Positions 1 through 10,271 of a stretch of DNA of 20,234 nt are shown here, one piece after another. The stretch spans positions 147,447-167,680 of the forward strand of contig CAJNZC010000066.1 of assembly GCA_905331515.1 (NCBI GenBank). The letters are read 5' to 3'. Position 1 is the first letter of the stretch; every line of letters starts with the position of its first letter. The DNA is from Rotaria sp. (Eukaryota). Made by a program: the position numbers and the translations under genes. The notes under the pieces are model-generated. The model saw only the letters and a list, made by a program, of their open reading frames with translations. It was not told the DNA's origin and did no database searches.

Positions 1-3000
1 TAATTAGTGTCTAGAATGTTATCGTTCTGGAAAAATACCATCATTGTGAATCAAAAGTTGTAAATAATTGTTGTACGAAAAAAATTTCCGATCAAATATA
101 TTTTAATTAAGTATAGGCAAAACAAACATCTTACCATCATGCAGCAAACAAATACCGAGGTTGAAAATGCATGATCGTAAGATTCTTGTGTGATTGTGCT
201 CTTAGGTATTATAAGATTCATGAATGACTTTTCAAGGTTTCCTATAGCCTTCTGCACTAAATTTTGTGTTTATTTTTCGTAGTTAAATGTCCTAATGAGC
301 AGATATGGAAGAAGAGGGAAGGGAATAATTCCCACTTCTTCGCTCTTCCTCGTGCGTCCTGAAGAAATACTCATTGTAGATAAACGTTTTTTTTATCACT
401 CCACATACGATCGATTTTCAATTAAAACAATAAACATTGTTTCTATTGAATATGATCGATAAGATTACCTAAAAACAAAAGAAAAATGAGTAATTTATAT
501 AGAAAAAGAACTAAGTTATCTTGCATTAAATCGAGAGAACTTTCGCAAGTAAATAAATAATATAAATTTGATGAAAAACTTAATAGTGTTGAATTAATCG
601 TCAATATGATTTTAGAAAAGACAAAATTATGAATACAAATAAAGAAAAACTTTTTTAAATCTAATTGATAAAATCATTTAAATGAAGAAATAAATAACTC
701 AAATGCAAAGAACCTTACATCTATCCAGTTAGATCGATATTATGATCGGAAGTAAAGAAGTAAATCATTTAAATAGAAGACACCATAATTTTATTTAATC
801 AAATCAATAAAGTAATCAGTAGGGTGATGCTTTAACAGATAAATACAACTAGACAGACAATGTATTTTCAATTATATAAGATGTAACATCTAGATTAGAA
901 CGTATTTAATCGCTTAAACATTATATTAAAATGTATCAATCTATTGTTACAAAAATTATTTGCATAAGACGAACCTAAAATTATGCTCTTGTAAAATTAT
1001 AATAGGTTTTACAAGATTCTGACCATCAGACATTTCGAGAATCATTTAAAATACACTTTAGTATTTTATAGAAAGGCATTTGTACGATTCCGTCAGATCA
1101 TATACAGTGTAAGCCTTACGATACTCAGTTGCTTGTAAGACTTTAGTTGGTTTTTGCAAGATTTTTTCACTTAAGCACTGAATGTCTACGACTATCGTCT
1201 GAGACTGCAGTACATGATCGTATTCAGATAAAATAATCGTGAGTACAGTTGTGCTTATCAAGCAAGCGGCTTTTTCCATTTAAATTCACGAATAGGTAAA
1301 AATGCTAAGTATTCCATTTTTAAACAAATTATTTATTGTTCTATTGTTTCGATCAATTTGAACAACAAATTAGATAGCAAGCATCGTTTTCTAGTAAAGA
1401 AATAGTACTCCGTGTGTTTCATGGAAGCGGAAGTCAGTTTTTCCATCTTATGTGAGTGGAAACGTATATGTATACGATACTATACCATGTCCTATTCCTT
1501 TATGTATGACATGACGGTGTATGATCGTAGAAAGTCGTAATTTATGCTTATACCACTGTTATAATGTTCGGTTTTATGTAAAATTCACAATGATTGATAA
1601 CGAAATACTAGTATTCACTGGTATGAACATTTATTGATCACTACAGCACAACAAGGACTGATAGACTCGTGCAATTCTCTGTTGATGAACTCATCATAAT
1701 CGATTTTTGACAATATCCTGTATGATTTATTTTGTATCTGGTATGTTGAATATAATCATAAATTAGAATTGAGAATTGTGTGACAAATTCATTTCATGAA
1801 AGATTTGACATTGACAATTTTTAAGTTATGAATTTCGACTATATTGCATAAGAATCGGATGTCAACAAATAAAACTTCTGCCAACAAAAATACATGCAAT
1901 GATGGTATAGATTTACTTTCATGTCAAACGTCTCGGTAAGGTGAGAGTCATGCAACCATTATTAAGTTCCTGTTTTTTTTGTTTCCTTAATGTCACGCAA
2001 AACGTGAGTATATGAATTCTTTATCTCATATAGAACAATCATAAAAGTAGGACAATAAAAACGACACGATAATTGACTAGAAATTTGTTCGCTTTTTTCT
2101 CAGTTTTGATCAAATGCAGCCAAAAAACAAGACAAACAGCTGATGAGTACACCAATGAATCAAATTTATTTTTAATGCGTAACACTTCAGAATGTTATTG
2201 CACCTTTTTTACGCTAGTTGTCGATCGCAGTATTGACAATTTTTTTTTTAAATCGAATTATTAACTGAGTTTATAAGTTTTTTTTGAACTAATGTTGAAT
2301 AAAAAAAGGTAAAGTCTAAATCATTGTACATTCAGACATTTTTTGCCTATGGAAGATAGGAAGAGTGCTAAAAATAGGAGTATTATACGGAATTCTATCG
2401 AATGTCTAACACTTTTTCCTACACAAACCCTGACTTTGTCATTGTCAATAGTAATTTCTCACACGATTCATTCTTTTTAAACATAGTCAGATATTTTTAC
2501 ATGCAACAACGATGCTTCAATAGGATATGAAAATGATCAATAATGTCTATCGAGAGATCCTATATTTTGGTTGTTTGAAGCAGAAATCTTAAATAAAATT
2601 AAATTGATCATATGTCACGTCAATGGAACGTGTGCATTGATAACTTAAAACTTGAAAATCGTCATAGTAGCGCCTAGCTTGTGAAAATATATCACATTTA
2701 TGTTACATCCAACTCGACAAAAAAGAATGTGTTCAATGTACGACATACAATATTTCATGGAATTCTATCTTCTAAAGTTTAAGAACTATGCGATGTAAGA
2801 GACATTTGGATTTTTTTAAAGTGAAAAGTCATTTCATAAAACTAACACTCATAATTTTAGAATCGAAAGATGTGTTAACTAAAAGCTTTTGTCATTAATT
2901 ATTTATTTTCAACTCATTTAATTGAAACTTTTGCCAGTTCTCAAGCAAATCATTAAAATGTCATTTTACATTAATAATATGAAATATTTAAGAAAATAAA

Positions 3001-3333
3001 TCTCTATAATAAGTCTAATTTCTTTAAAAAGCACTACTGTGTGAATGATCATATCAATTAATAGTTGACATGTGGAATTAAATATTCAAAAAGATTCAAT
3101 TCTAAATATTTTGTATAATACTTGATAACCATGTTATAAGGCAAACCTACGATAGAATCAATAATCATTGTAGCAAAAGAATTTTCCATTATATTCCAAT
3201 TCGATTAGTAAAATTCCAATTTTATTGAGCAAAATTGTAATTTTATTTTCAAATTAAGTTACTTTTATTATTTGCATTCATTTTTATTCATCAATAATCT
3301 TAGTTAATATTTATTCAAACTAAATAGTTTTCA

Positions 3334-3864
3334 TTACGCATCATCAGGTTTACGTGTGATAGAAATAGATGAATTTTCTATATAATCTTTTTCTGGATGT
3401 CCATAAATGAGATTTGCCAATTCATATTCAAGTTCAGAATCTGTGATTGAAACAATACGTGATGACAAAGGTTGACTTAGTGCTTCGTTGATTAGTATTT
3501 GTTCATTAAGAATAATTTCAAGTTCTGAATCGATACTATCTTCATCAAGTTCTGATTTTTGACGTTCACCATCGTTTTTGTCTATGAAACCATCTGTATT
3601 TTGTAATTTCTGCAATAATTACTATGAACAATGTATTTCAAGAATTCTGATTTTTTTAATTCAAAGCATTTTTAGAACTAAATACCTTTGCTGATGATGG
3701 AGAAGATTCATTTTTTTGTAGGACTTCATCTAAAATTATGTATGAGTCATACAATAGGAGAAAGAAAGATTTTTTTTTAACTAACCTTGTATTTTTGGTG
3801 GTGTTATTTGAGGTTGATAGCGCTTAGAATATTTTGAACTTTTCTTACCAATACAAGCACCCAT
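3334..3864 (-). CDS. Small acidic protein, candidate N-myristoylated/S-palmitoylated, 3 exons (132 aa)
   Basis: Minus strand: exon 1 3864..3786 (MGACIGKKSSKYSKRYQPQITPPKIQ), intron GTTAG..TTTTAG, exon 2 3729..3686, intron GTATTT..TTGCAG, exon 3 3609..3334 (TAA). Exon lengths 79+44+276 nt keep one continuous frame: MGACIG...IQDEVLQKNESSPSSAKKLQNTDGFIDKNDGERQKSELDEDSIDSELEIILNEQILINEALSQ...RKPDDA. Extends the provided ORF 3334..3615, whose apparent start is an intronic TTG. Confidence 0.72.
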
Positions 3865-4811
3865 GTAGAAAAAAAATAGAGTTGAATAAAACTTATCGTT
3901 TATATTTTTCCAGTTAACAACGAATATTATTCTCTAATGTCACTTTCCTTTTGTCTGTCGTCTTAAAGGGTTTTTTTCGTTCGCGTATTGACTCATGCCC
4001 TGTTAAATTGTAATAAAAAAAAAAAGAGAAATGACATTAGTATGTTTCATCGAAGTATTATTAATTCTACATAAAGAGAAAAAGAAAGAAAAAGAAAAGT
4101 TTCTTTCTTTTGATGTTAAGAAATTGTAAATGAAAGGATAATTATCAAAATAAAATGCACATGATACCCAAATTTTTTTCATTCTGAAATAATTATTTGT
4201 ACTCGATAAAAATAAAATTGTCAGATAAAAAAATTAAACTTCAAATTTTCTTATTGATATTATTAAGAGTAGTGATATTGTTTTGTTGGCGAAAATCTTC
4301 TTATAAAGTAGTTTACTATTGAAGTAACATCAACTGAGCTTGTAATATTTGACTTTTGCCAATTAATTTATCGAAGAATATTTTTGTAAATTAAAGTAAT
4401 TTTTATTTAATTCTAATTCTTATTTTTATAACATACACAAAAATGAAATCCTCATTATATTATCAACAGATATTGCTTGTTTAGAAAGTTTATAAACATA
4501 ACATTAATTGATAATTATTTTAGTGAAAACAAGAAATATTTTTATGAAAAAGAAAGCTTTAAAAGACTCGTTAGATGAAAAAGACTTTCTACATTATAAT
4601 GACATATCTGTTAACCTGAAAATAATAAAAATAAACAATCTATTTTATTTAAAAAATGAAGCGCATGCATAGATAATTCTTACCGTCGTCATTATCATAG
4701 AAACTATAAAGATGACGTGCAAATTTCTTAAGAGTTACACGTTATCTTCCTACACAGTAACTGTCATCAACAGTAAGTCTTAGCATAATAGGAAACATAA
4801 TAGAAGCAAAG

Positions 4812-5079
4812 ATGTCTCAAGAAACAACTGTTGATCAAATAGAATCATGTGACAATTCTGAATCTTATATTATTGTTTATTGTAATCGATTAGTTGAACA
4901 AACAATCGAGCGAGCACTTGGTTTGTATTTTGTATTAAAAAATTATTTCATTTCTAAATAAGATATTCACGTTTGTTTTCTTTTGTTTAGATATTATCTA
5001 TGAAGACTCTAATCATATGGATCTAAAGATTCGTGAATGGAGACATTCTAATGATGCAATAAATATTTCAAACAAATGA
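4812..5079 (+). CDS. Small 2-exon protein (65 aa), possible smAKAP-like PKA-binding helix
   Basis: Exon 1 4812..4920 (ATG..CTTG), 70-nt GT..AG intron 4921..4990 ending in a pyrimidine-rich TTGTTTTCTTTTGTTTAG, exon 2 4991..5079 (TGA). Joined frame: MSQETTVDQIESCDNSESYIIVYCNRLVEQTIERALDIIYEDSNHMDLKIREWRHSNDAINISNK. Confidence 0.55.
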
Positions 5080-5455
5080 ATAGATTTTTTATTTTATTTA
5101 TGAACTAAACTACTTTTTTCCTTTTGTCATCTTATTATTGAAAATATATCGATAAAGCGAAAATAACAAATTTTTCATGTTTTTTTTTTTTTTGCTTCTT
5201 CCTTTTTCTCGTCATTATTCTTATTGATAGTAAGAAAAAGAAAAGGGTCACATTACTTATGCAAAGCAGGCAAGCGTTGTTTTTTTAATAGTTTTTAGGT
5301 TGTTTTTTTCTTTTTCGTTCTACTGTTGACAGAAAAATAGTCATATATCTTAAGTTTTCTTTTTCTTACCTCTACATAGTTATTCCGTTATTTATTAAAG
5401 ATAAAACTGCACACATTTACTACCATTACTAGACGGTATAAAATTTTAAAAAAAA

Positions 5456-7878
5456 ATGGGCAATCGTCCAGGAAGTATTATGAGTAAACAAAAACATAAA
5501 AAAAGCAGCACAAATTTACCCTCACTTCCTTCACAACCAACAGAATCAGCATCAACAACTAAAACAACACATTTTGAAACATTTATACTTGTTTGGCTTG
5601 ATCCTAATGTTGATTCAAATAACGAAAATTTGCAAACTCAAGAACGCTTACGAGAAATTCTAACATGTCTTATAACATTTGATACAGTTGAAACATGTGA
5701 ACACTGGCTTAAAAAATGTTCTTCCGATGAAAAAATTATTCTCATTGTATCGGGTACATATGGACGAGAAATTGTACCAAAAATTCATCACTTACAAGCA
5801 ATAATTACCATTTATATTTATTGTTTGGATGTTGAGCATAATAAAGTTTGGAGTCAAAATTTCGCCAAAATTCGAAATGTTATATCTTCAACAGATACTC
5901 TTCTACATGAATTATCTCTTGATCAGATAAATCTTGAAAGTGTTGAAGATTCTAAAGCATTAAAAATTTATAAACATGAACAACAAGTTTGTTCTCTTGA
6001 TACTAAAACTATGTCATTCGTATATTATCAACTTTTACTTGAAATTCTTATATCTCCGAGCTATATAACAACACAAGGGACGTTTTATGAGCTAATTCAT
6101 ACTCTTCGTCAGTATAGTTCTGATGATCAATATGGTACAAATCTAATTAATGAATTCCAAAAAACATATCATCGAAATAAAGCTGTATCATGGCTTATAC
6201 GTGATACACCCTTGATACGTTTTGTTAATAAAGCATTACGTGAACAAGATATTGACATGCTTTTTGAATTACGTTTTCTTCTTGTTGATATTCATTCTCT
6301 ATTAACCACCCATCAAGCACGATCACTCAATGTATATAAATTACAACTTATGTTGAAAAATGAAATGGAAAATATTCGAGCAAATCCAGGTCAATTACTA
6401 ATTGTAAATGGATTTCTATTTGCATCGACTAATATGTCTCAATTGATGTCTACAATTACGAATAATGATCAATATGAAACAATTTTATTTGATATTAAAG
6501 CAGATTTTCGTCCTGGTGTAGTTCCCTTTGCTTTTCTTCGTGATATTGATTCAAGTATACAACATAGAATAGATCGAGAAGTACTTTTTATGTGTGGTTC
6601 AATATTTGAAGTTGGTCCATTAATATATGAAGATTCTATATGGAAACTTCAATTAAAATTAGCTAGTGAAAGTGATTCGTCAATATTATTTCATATGAAA
6701 GAAAAATTGAGAGAAACTAAAAATTTAAGTATTATTGGTGATCTATTAAATCAATACGATCAAGAAGAAAAAGCTAATATTTATTATGCAAGAATTTCTA
6801 GTGAACTACCAAAATCTCATACTTTCGTAACACCAACCAATAAACAATCAATTAAAAAGTGTACCAGATCAAATTCTAGTAAACGATCAATTTCTTCTTT
6901 TTCAATACAATCTAAAATTGTGATTTCTTTTCTTTGTTTTTTGTTTTAGACTCTTTTCCTAATGTTCCATTTATTCTTGTAAATTTATCTGAACATATGT
7001 CTGAATTTGCTTCAGCTGTGTTAAATATTCTTTCTTCTGTAACATCCAATCTTATACATGTTATGAATGATGTATCATCTGATGATTTTTATCAATGGCC
7101 TAAAAGACCAATATCAATATTTACCACTGCACAATTCATATCTCCATTAGAAAAAAAAATACCAAAGTATTTAAAAACTTTTGTATTAAGTGATAGCAAA
7201 AATAATACTGAACAACAACAATTTACAACTATTGATGAATTAATATGCCGATTAGTTGATGAAATAATTCAACATTATCGATTCGAGGCAAATGAATTTA
7301 TTAAAATGGAGAATTCAATTAAAGCACAAGAACAATATAAACAAATAAATCGAATTTATCGTGAATTAAGAAAAATCGATGAGAAATTTTCAAAAATTAA
7401 TTCTTCTGAGAAGCAATCGGAAAATATTGCACCAGTATTAATTTGGTTATTATCAAATTTAGGAAATGACGAGAAAGACTCAAAGTTTATTGAAGAAAAG
7501 TTCAAAGATAATTTTTCATCATATCTTACTTTTTATGATGAATCTGAATTTCATTCTCGTTTAGTTATCGGAGAAAATGTAACTGATATGTTTATTATCA
7601 TTTATAGCAATTATGAAGAATTAATTGTACAGAATGTACGTGAATTACCTAATGTTAGATATGTTTATTATTATGGAGAATCAAAAAAGAAGAGTGATAA
7701 TATTATAACAGATCGAGATGATCTTTTTTATCGTCTAACATCTAATCTTATTGATTATTATGCGAAATTAGGTGAAAAATATCAAACTAATAAACAATCA
7801 AAAGAAGCTCGAAAAATATTTTTAAAAGCACAAAAATTGTGTCACCTTTTATCAGAAAATTGCTTTTCACCAGAGTGA
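5456..7878 (+). CDS. Divergent ART-family protein (rotifer-type N-terminal domain plus degenerate ADP-ribosyltransferase fold), 2 exons, ~783 aa
   Basis: ORF 5456..6949 and ORF 6934..7878 join in frame through intron 6879..6949 (donor GTAAAC, acceptor TTTGTTTTTTGTTTTAG, 71 nt). A donor at 6861 is also frame-compatible. N-terminus FILVWLDPNV...FDTVETCEHWL...KIILIVSGTYGREIVPKIHHLQAIITIYIYCLD and C-terminal ART-like half NVYKLQLMLKNEMENIRANPGQLLIVNGFLFAS...PFAFLRDIDSSIQHRIDREVLFMCGSIFEV match the layout of the family as I recall it. Confidence 0.7.
6879..6949 (+). other. Predicted spliceosomal intron
   Basis: GTAAAC donor, long pyrimidine tract, TTTTAG acceptor. Removal restores a single frame between the two long ORFs. 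Confidence 0.65.
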
Positions 7879-7914
7879 TGTGCTTTTTGTTGTTTTTTCT
7901 TTTTCATTTTTTAG

Positions 7915-8481
7915 ATGAAAACTATTGATGATATAGTATTCGATGCCAATTATTCACATGCGACCGATCAATTTCTATTGCTTTATGATCATAATACAAA
8001 TCGAATTGGTCCTTCACCAGTTGTTGAATTGTCCAATGCATTACTTATGACATTTGTACACGTTTTTCGTAACTTTATTCGATGTCAACAATATGTAAGA
8101 GATAATAATCAAAAACTGATAACATTATTTATCTCTAATAGAAATATTATTGATTGGAATAATCAATTCGATGAAAATGATCATAATATAGATAAAATAC
8201 ATATTTTTTGTGATACATATTTTGATTACATAAAAATGAAACGATGGGATGGATGTTATAAAACTAAAATTCGAGATGTTTGTTTACCCGATGACATTGA
8301 TATTAAATTAATGAAATTAGGTGTCGATTATATACATTCAATACTGCCAGAATTTAAACAAGATCGAGGATTATATAACAAATTTTGTGCAGATGCAAGA
8401 CGATTACTTGGTGCAATAGATCAATTTTTCCAAATTCAAATGGATAATTTAGATGAAAGTTGCAGTGAATCAAAATTCTAG
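7915..8481 (+). CDS. 188-aa reading frame: downstream cistron or frame-broken C-terminal exon of the ART-like locus
   Basis: ATG-initiated ORF immediately after TGTTTTTTCTTTTTCATTTTTTAG. Protein-like composition, e.g. KIHIFCDTYFDYIKMKRWDGCYKTKIRDVCLPDDIDIKLMKLGVDYIHSILPEFKQDRGLYNKFCADARRLLGAIDQFF. No GT donor in ORF 2 gives the phase-0 junction this exon needs. Confidence 0.6.
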   Translation: MKTIDDIVFDANYSHATDQFLLLYDHNTNRIGPSPVVELSNALLMTFVHVFRNFIRCQQYVRDNNQKLITLFISNRNIIDWNNQFDENDHNIDKIHIFCDTYFDYIKMKRWDGCYKTKIRDVCLPDDIDIKLMKLGVDYIHSILPEFKQDRGLYNKFCADARRLLGAIDQFFQIQMDNLDESCSESKF

Positions 8482-8784
8482 TTAACTACTTTTTTATATA
8501 CATAGGGCACTACAAAAGTTTTTTCGCCCGACTCTCTTAAAAGACTTGACCAAGAACTAACTATGCCATTATAATGCCCAGAGATATTTAGGATTATGTG
8601 CAAAATTTCAGACTTCTAAGTCTCGTGCTTTGTTGTAGTCTATTATTTCTTTTGTACTAGGTCTACGCGATTTCTAAGATAACACATAACGGGTTTAATG
8701 GTTGCGTTTTGTGTATCAATTTTCAATTCTTTAATAAGTTGTATTAAAAAAACAAAAGATATCACAATCCAAGCACACAAACAT

Positions 8785-9246
8785 TTTCAAAAACACGTTT
8801 AAACGCATGAAAAAGGGCTTAAAATCCATAAAAAGTGGACGTGTTTGGCTCACAATCGCAGTTCCGGACTGTCAGCGAAAAACGACCACTTTTTGCCTTT
8901 TTTGTGCGTTTAAACGCGTTTGCAGCAAAAAAACGGTGATAAACGCGTGTAAACGCATAAGACGACCATAAAAAGTTGTCATCTTTTTCATACTCATAAA
9001 TCAAAATCATAATTACAATCACAGTTCACAAAAAGGAAAAAGATAACTACTTTTTATGTTCTTTTTATGCGTTTATACGAGTTTACAAGCGTATTTTTGC
9101 TGAAAACGCGTTTAAACGCACAAAAAGGATAAAAAGTGGTCGTTTTTCGCTGACAGTCCGGAACTGCGATTGTGAGCCAAACAAGTCCACTTTTTATGGA
9201 TTTTAAGCCCTTTTTCATGCGTTTAAACGCGTTTTTGAAAATGTTT
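8785..9246. repeat. Internal inverted repeat 1 of the foldback element
   Basis: Left ...CAAAAACACGTTTAAACGCATGAAAAAGGGCTTAAAATCCATAAAAAGTGG...CAATCGCAGTTCCGGACTGTCAGCGAAAAACGACCACTTTTT pairs with right AAAAAGTGGTCGTTTTTCGCTGACAGTCCGGAACTGCGATTG...CCACTTTTTATGGATTTTAAGCCCTTTTTCATGCGTTTAAACGCGTTTTTG. Centre is about 9015. Confidence 0.85.
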
Positions 9247-9259
9247 GTCTGCTTGGGAA

Positions 9260-9663
9260 GATGCAGCGTGCAAAGCTCTACAATTTACATAAGATCGCTT
9301 TTTTGATAGTTGCACATTTTGCTCTGAAAATGGACAAAGTTTTGAGCGATCAAATTTCGATGCTGCGAAAAAATAACGCGAAATGAGAAATTTCTTGTTC
9401 TTGTTTCACATTTTTATTGCCTATACAGATTGTACGGCTTTTCATGCTGCACCTTGCGACATAATTTGTTTTTATTTACAACAACATATTCGGTGGTAAA
9501 AAGATAAAATAAGAAAAAAAGACCTCATTCTGTGTAAAAAAAAGAAAATAGTTGTTGTATGGCAGCAATATGGTTGGTAAAAATTTTCTTCCTTTTGAAA
9601 GTAAAAAGTGCAACTATAAAAAAAGTGGTCTGATGTAAATTGTAGAGCTTCGCACACTGCATC
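9260..9663. repeat. Internal inverted repeat 2 of the foldback element
   Basis: GATGCAGCGTGCAAAGCTCTACAATTTACAT...ATAGTTGCAC (from 9260) pairs with GTGCAACTATAAAAAAAGTGGTCTGATGTAAATTGTAGAGCTTCGCACACTGCATC (ending about 9663). Centre is about 9461. Confidence 0.75.
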
Positions 9664-10271
9664 TTATGATGTAGTTTGTTTTTCTAACACATCTTATTAA
9701 AGGATTGGAAATTGATACACAAAACGCGACCATGTCACCTGCCTCACTGGTACAAAAGAAATAATAGACTACAACAAAGCACAAGATTTAGAAGTCTGAA
9801 ATTTTGCACATAATCCTAAAGATCCTTGGACCTTATAGCGGTATAGTTAGTTCTTGGTCAAGTCTTTTAAGAGAGTCGGGCGAAAAAACTTTTGTAGTGC
9901 CCCATGTAAAATAAAACTTGATTTAAATAAAAAAATACAGCAATATTAACGACTATGTTAAAGTATTATTTGGAATTATAAAGCAGTCAAGTGTATGTGC
10001 TTAAAAATTCTATCTTAAAAAATTCAGATATTAGAACGAATACATTTATGTTTACTGTATCGTACCATAAAACTACACTTCCAACAGCCAAGTTGAATCT
10101 CGGAAAAGTCCTTTGTCAGAAAACTTATCTATAACTCAGTAACTTTACAAAGCCTATTTCAATTATTAACTTATCAAAATATTTTCAAATGAAAAACTAT
10201 CTGAATTGAATGATTAGTTCATAAGATTCATTCTGAGCACAAAAAATTACTTCGAAACACTTCTAATCTGG

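Larger units (their letters stand above)
8505..9902. mobile_element. Non-autonomous foldback/MITE-like DNA transposon with compound hairpins (termini GGGCACTACAAAAG...)
   Basis: Left end GGGCACTACAAAAGTTTTTTCGCCCGACTCTCTTAAAAGACTTGACCAAGAACTAACTA is the near-perfect reverse complement of 9845..9902 (TAGTTAGTTCTTGGTCAAGTCTTTTAAGAGAGTCGGGCGAAAAAACTTTTGTAGTGCCC). The outer arms continue for about 240-280 bp each. No coding capacity seen. Confidence 0.85.

Noticed and set aside
51-257. Minus ORF of 68 aa, and others in 1-3300 (1058..1279, 2073..2264)
   Set aside because: Low-complexity, AT-driven frames with no domains, splice context or good start context.
4078-4115. GAAAAAGAAAGAAAAAG / CTTTCTTTC purine-pyrimidine stretch as a structured element
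   Set aside because: Low-complexity sequence with only weak self-complementarity. Similar tracts are common throughout the window.
8819-9022. Minus-strand ORF MIVIMILIYEYEKDDNFLWSSYAFTRVYHRFF...
   Set aside because: It lies entirely within the foldback arm and loop. Its translation reflects the repeat motif, with no protein-like features.
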